From Synechococcus sp. (GTDB lineage: Bacteria; Cyanobacteriota; Cyanobacteriia; PCC-6307; Cyanobiaceae): a stretch of 64,000 nucleotides of DNA. The stretch's first letter is position 1. Each line of letters opens with the position of its first letter. This document shows, in pieces, positions 21,642 to 30,842 of this stretch. The DNA lies in assembly GCA_047285535.1 (NCBI GenBank), contig JBJBDC010000001.1, forward strand, positions 2,496,136 to 2,560,135, written 5' to 3'. Position numbers and translations under genes: made by a program. Below the pieces are notes generated by a model. That model did not search any database, had not been told where the DNA came from, and saw only the letters and a list, made by a program, of their open reading frames with translations.

Positions 21642-22840
21642 GCTGAATGCAGGAGGCGTTTGTAATTTTCGATAGAGCGGGTTCCATAGGCGCCCCAGCT
21701 CAATTCGCTGCTTGCTAGCAACAATGCAGCGTCTCGCATTTGTTCCCAGAGCATGTGGGAATGATGCAGCCGTTGCAGGCAGCGAGTGATTGCTTTTGGG
21801 CTGTGAATTGGAACGACAAACCCTGCTGGAAACTGTTGAATTCCGTGATTGTCTTCCTGTGCATATGCGCCTTGAAGCCGCAGCAGGTCTTCACCTCCGG
21901 TGTTTGTTGTACAAATCAATGGCAGGCCGCAGGCTAGAGCCTGCATCTGAACCATGGCCATCCCCTCTTCAACAGAGGCGATGACAAAGCAGTGGGCCCT
22001 TTGGTAATACTCCACTAGTTCTGCTTGAGGGCGATGACCTAGGCGGATGATGCATCTCGGCTGTCGTTTTAGAAGTGCCGTAAGTTCCGGCGTTTCACCA
22101 CCTATCAAGGTGAGGCTGGCGTCTGAAAGATTTGCGCCATTAAAGCCTTCCAGCAGGTCAGGGATGCCTTTTCTCACCGAAAGTGATCCGGCATAAATTG
22201 CTTTCAGGCCGTCTTGTTTTGGAGGTGCTGGTGGTTTTGCTGATGGTTTGAACATCTTCAAACTGACGCCAAGAGCATTGCGCTGGAGTCTCCCAGATTC
22301 GAATCCCTGGCGGCGGAAGCTACGTTCCACGAAAAGACTGGGCACGGCAATTGATGTGCACAGTTCGTATTCGCGAAGTTCCATGCCTTCGATCCGTTGA
22401 TGGGTTGGAGTCCATGGCAAGCCCAGCCGAGCATGCTCCTCTTTTAACAGGCGACTCTGTTCAAGGATGTGGGCGGAGGAGCGCTCCAGCACGGTGGGGA
22501 TCTGCTTTTGCTTGGCCCAGAGCAGGCTGGGTTCACTCCATTGAGACCAGCCGTGGATCAAATCACTTCCTTCCAGATACTTGCAGGCGCGCTGAGCGAA
22601 ATGGCTGTGCACCCACCACTGGCTGCGCATCATCAGAGACTCACCTCCTAGCCTATAAATTGCCTTAACGAGCCAAAAGGTCAAAGGCAAGCTCACGACC
22701 TTTTGTGCGGGGATGCCCCAGCGGGTCACGAACCAGCGTGGATAATTAGTGATCACTCGGTGAAGATGACCATGCGCGTTCAGCTGCTGGGCTAAATCAA
22801 AGGCATGCCAACGGCCACCAACCACAATGGTGATCTTCAT
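21638..22840 (-). CDS. Glycosyltransferase family 4
   Basis: Likely start MKITIVVGGRWHAF (ATG 22840); GSLSVRKG, SVEEGMAMVQMQAL. Confidence 0.9.
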   Translation of the reverse strand: MKITIVVGGRWHAFDLAQQLNAHGHLHRVITNYPRWFVTRWGIPAQKVVSLPLTFWLVKAIYRLGGESLMMRSQWWVHSHFAQRACKYLEGSDLIHGWSQWSEPSLLWAKQKQIPTVLERSSAHILEQSRLLKEEHARLGLPWTPTHQRIEGMELREYELCTSIAVPSLFVERSFRRQGFESGRLQRNALGVSLKMFKPSAKPPAPPKQDGLKAIYAGSLSVRKGIPDLLEGFNGANLSDASLTLIGGETPELTALLKRQPRCIIRLGHRPQAELVEYYQRAHCFVIASVEEGMAMVQMQALACGLPLICTTNTGGEDLLRLQGAYAQEDNHGIQQFPAGFVVPIHSPKAITRCLQRLHHSHMLWEQMRDAALLLASSELSWGAYGTRSIENYKRLLHSA

Positions 22841-22862
22841 CGCTTGTTGAGCAGTGTCATTC

Positions 22863-23493
22863 TCAGACCACTTGAGCATGGGCTGCACCTCGGTAGTGCC
22901 TAGACGTAGGACGATGCTGCACATCGCAAACAGTCATGTTTTGTATGGAGTTCAAATAGCTCTGGGCAGCATTCAGTTGATTGCGTTTACCGACCACCAC
23001 AACCAAGGCCTCGTTCTGGTCCAACGGCTCTGCCATTAATCCTGGACGTTCGATTTCTCAAGTCCTGCGGATTTGCTTGTTGGTTGTCTTGGTCAGTTCA
23101 TCACAGTTGTTAATGCTTATCTCCCAATGGTTTTGGGGCTGTCTTTCGCGCTTGGCATGCGGGAATCGCTAGCCAATCTAGTCGACCATTTGACCACCAT
23201 CAAGTTGAAGCGCACCATTCGATCGTTTGTCGACCATGTCATGATGCAATGGACGCGAGACAATCGACTTCGGTGAATTTTTCTTTGGCATTGACTTGCT
23301 CATGCTCTTATTATGCCAAATCTGGAATTGCAAGTTTGACCTTGATGGCATGTTGCTCTGACTCATCCAGGCTCTCCTTCGTCGGAGATAACAAGACTGA
23401 AGCGTTGGCTTTCTGATTGGGTGATTTGGAGATGAAGTTGTTGCCGCGATTGTGAAGAGACCCAGGAGTCATAACCTCTACCTTTACGTTCAA
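22863..23493 (-). pseudogene. Eroded FkbM-family SAM methyltransferase relic
   Basis: Minus strand keeps ordered fragments across frameshifts and stops: G..HNRGN.F...NASVLLSP (GxNxG...EP-like), TT(V)DEL at 23094-23110, (K)IDVQG with one extra A at 23040-23057, EALVVVV, CDVQHRP, AQVV-stop. Confidence 0.55.
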
Positions 23494-23589
23494 CTTTGAT
23501 ATTCTTGTCTACGATCGATATTGCGCAAGACTAAACATAGTCTCGGTTGCGTAACCATTTAGAATTTTATTGCTTTTAGGACCTGTTTC

Positions 23590-24465
23590 ATGATATTTCT
23601 CTTTCCCAATGGACAACTCGGAAATCAGTTACTACTTCTTGTTGCTACTTCTTCATTTGCCAGGAAAAATGAACATGTGTTTCTCATTAATTTCAATGCT
23701 TCTTTGGGATTTTTCGCCAATCATCCCAATTTTCATTACATTGGTTGTGGCGCCAATTATTCTATTTTAAAACGTTTGCTTGCTCGCTTGATCATTTTTC
23801 TCTATCATTCCTCAGTCTGCTCTAAATTTTTTATTTCCCGAATCACGGAGAATGATAGTGGTGGTATTTCTTCCTCTCTCCCTACACTAAAGCCACCCTT
23901 GATAACGGCAGTATCAGATTGCTATTTTCAGAATGAATGCTTTCTGCAAGTTCCAAGACAGTCAGTCTTTTCCATATCGCCTTCCTTTCTTTCTCTGGCA
24001 CAAGAGTGGTTGAAAATGAGGCATATTCTTGACAACTTTAAAATATTTGTACACCTACGCAGAGGAGATTATCTTTCTTGGACTCCATTTGACAATGGAG
24101 ATATTTGTATTCTACCTGACTCCTACTATTTAAGTTCTCTTCAAGCATTGCTGCGAATGACGCCAGATGCGGTGATTGTGGTTTCCTCCGATGATTCTGA
24201 ATATGCACACGATCTATTCTCCTCCCATGCGAGAACATATTTTGTTGACGAATCTCCACTCTTGTCCCTTTCTATTCTGGCAATGTGTGACTCTGGTGTT
24301 TTATCACCTAGTAGCTTTTCTTTCATGGCTGCTTACTTATCCAGCTCATTATCTTTTTCTCATAGTAATACTTATCTGGCTCCTAGGTTTTGGCTTGGTC
24401 ATTCAATATCCTCTTGGTATCCTCCCCTTTTCCGTGCTAAGTTTATTCAGTATATTGACGCTTAA
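23590..24465 (+). CDS. Alpha-1,2-fucosyltransferase family (GT11)
   Basis: GQLGNQL, YFQNE, HLRRGDY, SDD, SSFSFMAAYL. Confidence 0.85.
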   Translation: MIFLFPNGQLGNQLLLLVATSSFARKNEHVFLINFNASLGFFANHPNFHYIGCGANYSILKRLLARLIIFLYHSSVCSKFFISRITENDSGGISSSLPTLKPPLITAVSDCYFQNECFLQVPRQSVFSISPSFLSLAQEWLKMRHILDNFKIFVHLRRGDYLSWTPFDNGDICILPDSYYLSSLQALLRMTPDAVIVVSSDDSEYAHDLFSSHARTYFVDESPLLSLSILAMCDSGVLSPSSFSFMAAYLSSSLSFSHSNTYLAPRFWLGHSISSWYPPLFRAKFIQYIDA

Positions 24466-25736
24466 TGTCTAATCTTCTTGCGGGCTTACCTCCACTCAAA
24501 AACTCATCTTTTGTTTATGCGCTAACCTTTGTTATAGGTTTTTTTGCTGCTATTGGTTCTTTATGGGATGTTTTTGGATGGGCCAATTTAGCGGTTCTGG
24601 CTCTTTATCTCTTGCCTGCATTGGTTTTTTTTAATTTTATTCGCCCAGACTTTGTCCCTTGTGATTGGAAATCATACGGTATATATTTGTTTTTACCTGT
24701 TTCTATTCTGGTTTTAAATATATTTCAGGCAATATGGATTCACCCTGCTTTTCCTGGATATCCAGAAGGTTTAACGAACCAGGAATGGATCCGTTTCTCA
24801 TCATATTTTCTTTGTTTTTTGTCTATACCTCTTCTCTGTGCGAGGCAATGTAGGATCTTTTGGTTAGGTTTTTCCTTGGGACTAGCTTCTTATGGATTGG
24901 GCACAATCATATTGACTTTCTTCTCCGATAATTCATTTAAATTCCCATTTGACATGCATTTTGGAGGACCCTGGGGAACTCCATCAAATCCAACCCCCCC
25001 TGGTATTGCAATCGTCGTATTTGTTTTAGTCATCAGCTATTTATTGCTTTCATCATCCTTATCTAAATGGTTTAAGCTACACTCTTTCTTGATAATCTAT
25101 ATCCCTTCAGTTTTTTCTCTTTTTCTCTTGGATAAGCGTTCCTCTTTGGCTTTTGTTTTATTATCTACTGTACTTTACAGTTCACAGCTTCTTAGATTAT
25201 TTGATTTTGATTTACGGACTTTTTTAAGTAAAAGAAATGCTGCTTTAAAGTTTGCTTCAATTGCTGCAGCCTCATTTGTGTTGTATCTTGTGATTACGTC
25301 TCGTCTTTTTACTAATATTTTCATCACTATATCTCAGGGGCCTGCTGTTTCAGACCCTGATCGCTGGTTTCGGTATTCTTATGGATTTAAGATGCTTGAA
25401 AAATCTTTATTCTCAGGTAATAATCATTTATTTGTGATGCCATATGAACTTGAGTCCTTCAACGTTCATTGGCATAATGGCTTTCTTGATAGTTATCGTA
25501 TTGGAGATCTGTTAGGATTTGTATGTTTCCTTGTTTGGATTTTATTTTTAGTCTTCCAACTATTTAAATTGCAAAATCATTCATTTCTTAGATTATCTTC
25601 TTTATTTTGCCTTCTCATACTCATGGTTGAGCCAACCCTTCACCGAACATGGATTGATGGTTTGAGCATTCAATTTCTTTCTGTGTTTATATGTTATCCA
25701 AGAAAGATTCTACAACTCAAAAATTCTACATCTTAA
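24465..25736 (+). CDS. Wzy/O-antigen ligase-like polytopic membrane protein
   Basis: About 10 hydrophobic segments, KRSS, DRW, HWHNGFLD...GDLLG. Confidence 0.7.
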   Translation: MSNLLAGLPPLKNSSFVYALTFVIGFFAAIGSLWDVFGWANLAVLALYLLPALVFFNFIRPDFVPCDWKSYGIYLFLPVSILVLNIFQAIWIHPAFPGYPEGLTNQEWIRFSSYFLCFLSIPLLCARQCRIFWLGFSLGLASYGLGTIILTFFSDNSFKFPFDMHFGGPWGTPSNPTPPGIAIVVFVLVISYLLLSSSLSKWFKLHSFLIIYIPSVFSLFLLDKRSSLAFVLLSTVLYSSQLLRLFDFDLRTFLSKRNAALKFASIAAASFVLYLVITSRLFTNIFITISQGPAVSDPDRWFRYSYGFKMLEKSLFSGNNHLFVMPYELESFNVHWHNGFLDSYRIGDLLGFVCFLVWILFLVFQLFKLQNHSFLRLSSLFCLLILMVEPTLHRTWIDGLSIQFLSVFICYPRKILQLKNSTS

Positions 25737-25763
25737 CATTGCATTTAGATCATTGACTACTGA

Positions 25764-26678
25764 TCACCATGGCAATATGTATTTTAACTTCTTTTTAATC
25801 CTAGTTAAAAAAGATTCAGTAGCTGAAATACCCTGTACTTTTTCTAAAATCTGCAGGTTTGCTGCTTTGTTTGTTGTTATTGTTGGCGCTTCTATTATAG
25901 TTTCTAGGGGACTTGCCGTGATGTTGCTTCTTTCCGAGCTTGTAGTTGTATGAGTCGCATTTTCACCAAAGCCGACATTTTTGATCATATTTACTCTTGG
26001 GATGATGCACAATCCCTTTTTAATTTTCATCGATGCCGAGAGTTGATAATCCCATGTATCTATTTCTCCTCTTAAGCATTTATCATAATCATCTGCTAAT
26101 TGTTGGTACTGATCATTGTTTATAAATATCTTTTTTGCTTCTTGCTTCCCTCGAATATTTTTCCATCCCTTCATATCCCTATCATATTTTTGCCAGGTTC
26201 TTTTCCAAGTTGCCCAGCCCCAAATGATTGGGTCTTCGATAAACGTGTATGAATAATGTCCATCAAATTGAATATTGGCTGAATTATCACCTGAGATCAT
26301 CCATACACGATCTTCATGATTATATTTTTCTAAAAGCTGTTGAGCAAATTTAAAGAAACTTGGATTTGGTATACAATCATCTTCTAGAATAATCCCCCGT
26401 TGTTCATACGCAAAGAACCAGTCCAGTGCTCTTATCACTCCGTTTTTACACCCCAGATTATCTTCCATGAAATTTGTATGGATCTTACAATTCCATGTGA
26501 TGCCATTCATAAGCTTACTACGAACCATAGCACATAAGTGCTCTTCTCCATTTACACTTTCCCTTGGACCATCAGCGCTTATGTAAATATTTTTTGGCCT
26601 CACTAATGCCAGTACATCAAGCATTTCATCGGTATATTCTGGTCTATTAAAGACTATTAGTAAGACAGCGGTATTCAT
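25764..26678 (-). CDS. Nucleotide-diphospho-sugar transferase (GT-A, HlpA-like)
   Basis: FNRP, ADGPR, NLGC, IILEDD, WGWATW, WDYQ, NVGFG. Confidence 0.88.
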   Translation of the reverse strand: MNTAVLLIVFNRPEYTDEMLDVLALVRPKNIYISADGPRESVNGEEHLCAMVRSKLMNGITWNCKIHTNFMEDNLGCKNGVIRALDWFFAYEQRGIILEDDCIPNPSFFKFAQQLLEKYNHEDRVWMISGDNSANIQFDGHYSYTFIEDPIIWGWATWKRTWQKYDRDMKGWKNIRGKQEAKKIFINNDQYQQLADDYDKCLRGEIDTWDYQLSASMKIKKGLCIIPRVNMIKNVGFGENATHTTTSSERSNITASPLETIIEAPTITTNKAANLQILEKVQGISATESFLTRIKKKLKYILPW

Positions 26679-27532
26679 TTAGTTCTGAGATGGTTTTTGA
26701 TTTTAGAGTATACTCTTTTTATAATATTCTTCTTCTCTTGCTTTTGCTTCATCCAGCTACAATGCCAATAGTGCAATGCGAGTGAATAGTCCTCAAGATA
26801 TTCTTTTGGACGACTATCTAGTTCTTTAAGGAAATTAGGCCAAGCATAAAAATAGTTGGATGGAAGGATTCCTACCTTTTCATTTTTTAATTTATTTTCT
26901 ATCGTTTTTGTTAGCATATATGGTCCTGTCTTTCTCATGATCTCCATGTTATCTTTTTCGTCTACTTGAGTTGTTTCGGCGATGATATTATTGACTGCAG
27001 TAATTATTTCATTGTCTTTAGAGCATGCAATTAATCCGTTTGCGATTTCTACTTTACCGGATTGAGGTGCTGGTAGATGCCCCGCGATAAATTGACTTCC
27101 ATCAAAGCATTGATCAAGACTCTTTATGCATTCAAAGTCTGTATCAACATAGAGACCTCCATATTGTTCAAGTATTGCATACCTTGCGATATCACTTTTG
27201 GCTCCTGGATTCACTAGTGAGCAATATAGACTCTTCCCTTTAAAATCTAGTGTTTCTATTTCTTTATCTGTCCATAAGCAGTATTTGTAATCTGGCATTA
27301 ATGTTCTCCATGTATTGGATAATGTTAATAACTCACTTGGTAATTTAGATCCAATCCAAATCTGATGAATTATTTTTGGTATATATCTGTGATTTCTTTT
27401 TCTTTTTGTCCATCTCATGTATGATTGCGCATAGCTCAACCAAGCATCGATATCTGGTTCTGACATCCAAAAGTTTGGATGTACCCTGCTCAGCTTTGCA
27501 AAATGATTCAGGTCTCTATATTTGCTGATCAT
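26675..27532 (-). CDS. Glycosyltransferase family 32 (DXD, OCH1/TcdA-like)
   Basis: IPKIIHQIW, SDIARY, GGLYVDTD, TGP, HYWHCSW. Confidence 0.9.
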   Translation of the reverse strand: MISKYRDLNHFAKLSRVHPNFWMSEPDIDAWLSYAQSYMRWTKRKRNHRYIPKIIHQIWIGSKLPSELLTLSNTWRTLMPDYKYCLWTDKEIETLDFKGKSLYCSLVNPGAKSDIARYAILEQYGGLYVDTDFECIKSLDQCFDGSQFIAGHLPAPQSGKVEIANGLIACSKDNEIITAVNNIIAETTQVDEKDNMEIMRKTGPYMLTKTIENKLKNEKVGILPSNYFYAWPNFLKELDSRPKEYLEDYSLALHYWHCSWMKQKQEKKNIIKRVYSKIKNHLRTK

Positions 27533-28509
27533 AGACTTCCTTTATAGTTTACTCGCTTTATTGCGGCTTTCAATTTATTGCTAACAATATATCCGATTAA
27601 TTTCAAATACTCTATGATAATGTATCTTGTTTTTGGCAAGCCACAATTGTTATGTATGATTGAGATTTCTTCTTTTGAAAGATTTTTTAGGTCTGTAAGC
27701 GAATACTGGTTTGACCACATGCCGTGACTTTCCCATGGAGGCGTTCCTTTCGTGTGTGTAGCATCTTCTCTAAAACCTTCATTGATGGAATAAATATTAT
27801 TCGGTGTCAGTGAGTATGCTTTGTGTTTTACGTGAGTTAGATTCCATTCGTAATCCCAAGCTTTCATATGGCCTGATTTACATGCATATATTCTAAGTGC
27901 AAGTTCTTTTGTACGTATGCTTACTGGTAATCTCCAAAATATGGATATTTTATCGAGCTCTTGTTGAGCTATTATGTTCCTTGAATGTATTTCCCAGCGA
28001 TTTTTCCAGGTTGCCCATCCCCATACTCTGCAAAGAGGACTTTTGAAAATTTTGCTTTCCTTTTCTTCACCTTTATATTTTATTATGGAAGGGTCAAAAT
28101 GAGATGAGATTGAAAATATAGATAAATCGTCTCTATAAATCGATAACATCTTACACATCGCGTTCATGTATCCCTCGTCAATCCTAATATCGTCTTCTAT
28201 TATTATCCCTTGGGTGTTATGCCTAAAGAACCATGATATAGCGTCTAGGACACCATTTCGGCATCCTCGATTAGCCTGTAGCCTTTTATATTTGATTCTT
28301 GCAAGCTTAAAATTTTCGATTGTTGATAACATATTGTTTTGTTGCTCTTGATCATATTTATTCTTTGGCCCATCGATCGCCACCCATAGCTTACTGAAAT
28401 GTTTTTGCTCCAAATCTTTTATTAGTCGATCAAATAAATCTGACCTATTGTAGCTGACTATTAGTATTGGCGTGTCTTTTATCGTTTGTTTTCTTTGGAT
28501 GTTTTTCAT
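27529..28509 (-). CDS. Nucleotide-diphospho-sugar transferase (GT-A, HlpA-like), paralog of 25764-26678
   Basis: YNRS, IDGPK, NRGC, IIIEDD, WGWATW, WDYE, ATHT. Confidence 0.85.
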   Translation of the reverse strand: MKNIQRKQTIKDTPILIVSYNRSDLFDRLIKDLEQKHFSKLWVAIDGPKNKYDQEQQNNMLSTIENFKLARIKYKRLQANRGCRNGVLDAISWFFRHNTQGIIIEDDIRIDEGYMNAMCKMLSIYRDDLSIFSISSHFDPSIIKYKGEEKESKIFKSPLCRVWGWATWKNRWEIHSRNIIAQQELDKISIFWRLPVSIRTKELALRIYACKSGHMKAWDYEWNLTHVKHKAYSLTPNNIYSINEGFREDATHTKGTPPWESHGMWSNQYSLTDLKNLSKEEISIIHNNCGLPKTRYIIIEYLKLIGYIVSNKLKAAIKRVNYKGSL

Positions 28510-28512
28510 GGG

Positions 28513-29589
28513 TTAACTAACTTTTCCTGTTAATGTATTGAGCCTGTGCTCAAATGTATTTTCATGTTTCCTTACGCAATTTGCAGCCTTGATCCTTAAA
28601 ATCTTCTGTAGTTCCCTGTCTTTCATTATTTCTAGGGATTTTTCTTTTAATTCTTGTGGTGTTTTGAAGAACCCAATTTCAGGATAATCATAGAGAAGTT
28701 GCCGGTGTTCTTTTGTGTCTTGATAGATCCCGCATCCTCCAATTGCTCCTATTTCGTAGGAACGATCTGTTGATTTGTCCTTATTTCCCTCTCTTAAAAG
28801 TCCAATTGTGATCTTTGCGTTATATATTTTTTCACAGTACTCTGAACCTTGCACTTCGTTTTTGTATTTCCATCCTTTGATTTTGCAACTTTCCCAACTG
28901 TTTCCATAGATAACTTTGTTGATGTTGGGTTCATTGCTTAGGCTGCCTAGCCATCTTTTTCTTTCTTGTGCACCTGTACCAATAAAAATAATATCTTCAT
29001 CTCCACTCCAATTCCACTGAGCTCGTGGTTGAAAATGAATTTCAGGATCATAGGCACATGGAAGCCAACTAACTTGTTTAGCTCCTTCTTTGAGTAATTT
29101 TCCGATTCGTTGTTTCTGCGTACTATAGATATGGTCATAGTTGCTGATTTCACTTATAAAGGCTTTGTTTTTATGAATTGGATTCCACGGATCATCTATT
29201 AGGTAGTTTATTATTTGACTATTTTGTCTTTTGGCTTCTAGGAAGCATTCTTCTCCTAGCGGCAGTATATTTGTAACGACAATAAAATGTGGCTTTATTA
29301 AACGGATTTTTCTCTTTAATTCGAGGCTAAACCTGCGCCATTCCTTTGTTTTTTTGCCATTCATCCGGTAGTAGATTTTCCCCATTATGCTTTTCATGGA
29401 TGGCGAGTATAGGCAATCTGGTGAATTGTATTCTATTTGAATATGACTGTAATGCTCTTTTGCTTTCAGACCTGCTCTCAGTAGTTTGCTCCCAAGTGCT
29501 TCTGGCTTGCTGATGTCTGCGATCAGCATGACTGAATCCATGTACTTCAAATTTTCTCCTTTATACCACAAAATTGCATTCATATCCAT
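28513..29589 (-). CDS. CgeB/YkvP-like glycosyltransferase
   Basis: DDPW, AYDPEIH, FIGTG..ER, RSYEIGAIGG, NTFEHR; start uncertain (29589 or 29583). Confidence 0.8.
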   Translation of the reverse strand: MDMNAILWYKGENLKYMDSVMLIADISKPEALGSKLLRAGLKAKEHYSHIQIEYNSPDCLYSPSMKSIMGKIYYRMNGKKTKEWRRFSLELKRKIRLIKPHFIVVTNILPLGEECFLEAKRQNSQIINYLIDDPWNPIHKNKAFISEISNYDHIYSTQKQRIGKLLKEGAKQVSWLPCAYDPEIHFQPRAQWNWSGDEDIIFIGTGAQERKRWLGSLSNEPNINKVIYGNSWESCKIKGWKYKNEVQGSEYCEKIYNAKITIGLLREGNKDKSTDRSYEIGAIGGCGIYQDTKEHRQLLYDYPEIGFFKTPQELKEKSLEIMKDRELQKILRIKAANCVRKHENTFEHRLNTLTGKVS

Positions 29590-29867
29590 ATCTTTCTTTG
29601 TATTGATTTTCAATTGAAGCAATTATTGTTCTTGCTATGTGTTGTGCGTCGCGTGTTATTGAAGTTGGTTTCTTGTAAGCCTCTGTCTTTTCATATTGCG
29701 TTGAGCTGTCATTCTTTTGTTGTTTATGTTCTTTTTGTGATTATCTTGAAGTGTTGGTGCAGAGTTTGTTTGCCTTCTCGACATGGCTTTGCTTGTTGCT
29801 ATTCTGGTGAGTGCTCGAAGGGCTTGGTACTTTTAAATGCTATCTTGATTTGGACTGAATTTTTCTC

Positions 29868-30842
29868 TTAGTATATTTCACTATTGAGCATTTTTTTTAT
29901 GATGAATTTTAGATCGGTTTTTGTTTCCCATTGCAGTTCTTTTTTGATCTTCTCTGGGTTTAGGTAAGACTGTGTGATGTCAGAAGGCCGCCTCAACTCT
30001 TGATTCGTTACCACATAATCTCTCCAGTGCAGATTCAATTCTTTGAACGAGGCCTCTACAAAGTCTTTGAGTGAATATGTTCGCCCTGTGGCTATAATGT
30101 AATCTTTAGGTTTTTGAGTTTGTAGCATCAAGTGCATCGCTTTTACGTAATCTGGTGCCCAACCCCAGTCTCTCCATATGTCTAGATTTCCTAGTTCTAG
30201 TCTTTTCATTTCCCCGCGACTAATAGCCTTTGCACCCTGTATGATTTTTTGGGTGACAAAATTCTGGGCCCTTAATGGTGATTCATGATTAGCTAGTATT
30301 CCTGTGCAAACATGCATCTTATAAGCGTCTCTGTAGATTGCAGCATTCCAATACGCAGCTGCTTTGGCTGCCCCATAGGGACTCTTTGGTCTCATTGGCG
30401 TCTCTTCGTTTGCCCCTTTTTGGATTGTTGTATCTCCATAGGACTCTGAACTTCCTGCGCAAAATAATTTTATTTCATTGTTTAATATTTTTATCGATTC
30501 AAGTATGTTTGTATTCGCTGTTACTATTGAGTCGATGCATTCAACTGGTTGGTTGAAAGAAAGCCCTACGCTTGTTTGCCCTGATAAATTGTAGATCTCG
30601 TTTGGCATAATCTGATTTACTGCCGTTATGACGCTTCTAAAGTCGCTAGGGGCTATTGAGATTAATTTTATCTTCTCTCTTATGTTTAGCTTTTGGAGGC
30701 AATTTGTGTTGCATCTTTGAGCATCTCTGCTAGAGCCATACACTTTATAGCCTAGCTTTAACAGGTGGTCAGACAAGTATGCTCCGTCTTGGCCGGTCGC
30801 TCCAAGTATTAACGCTTTTTTTGTCATGCCATTTTTTTTCAT
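29868..30842 (-). CDS. gmd: GDP-mannose 4,6-dehydratase family SDR
   Basis: GATGQDGAYL, SPYGAAK, NHESP, FVTQKI, LGNLD..RDWG.A.DYV; GSSE instead of STSE leaves a reductase (Rmd-like) role possible. Confidence 0.8.
   Translation of the reverse strand: MKKNGMTKKALILGATGQDGAYLSDHLLKLGYKVYGSSRDAQRCNTNCLQKLNIREKIKLISIAPSDFRSVITAVNQIMPNEIYNLSGQTSVGLSFNQPVECIDSIVTANTNILESIKILNNEIKLFCAGSSESYGDTTIQKGANEETPMRPKSPYGAAKAAAYWNAAIYRDAYKMHVCTGILANHESPLRAQNFVTQKIIQGAKAISRGEMKRLELGNLDIWRDWGWAPDYVKAMHLMLQTQKPKDYIIATGRTYSLKDFVEASFKELNLHWRDYVVTNQELRRPSDITQSYLNPEKIKKELQWETKTDLKFIIKKMLNSEIY

Noticed and set aside
12812..25763. Invertible (shufflon-like) segments explaining the counter-oriented GT11 genes
   Set aside because: No flanking inverted repeats seen by eye and no recombinase in the window.
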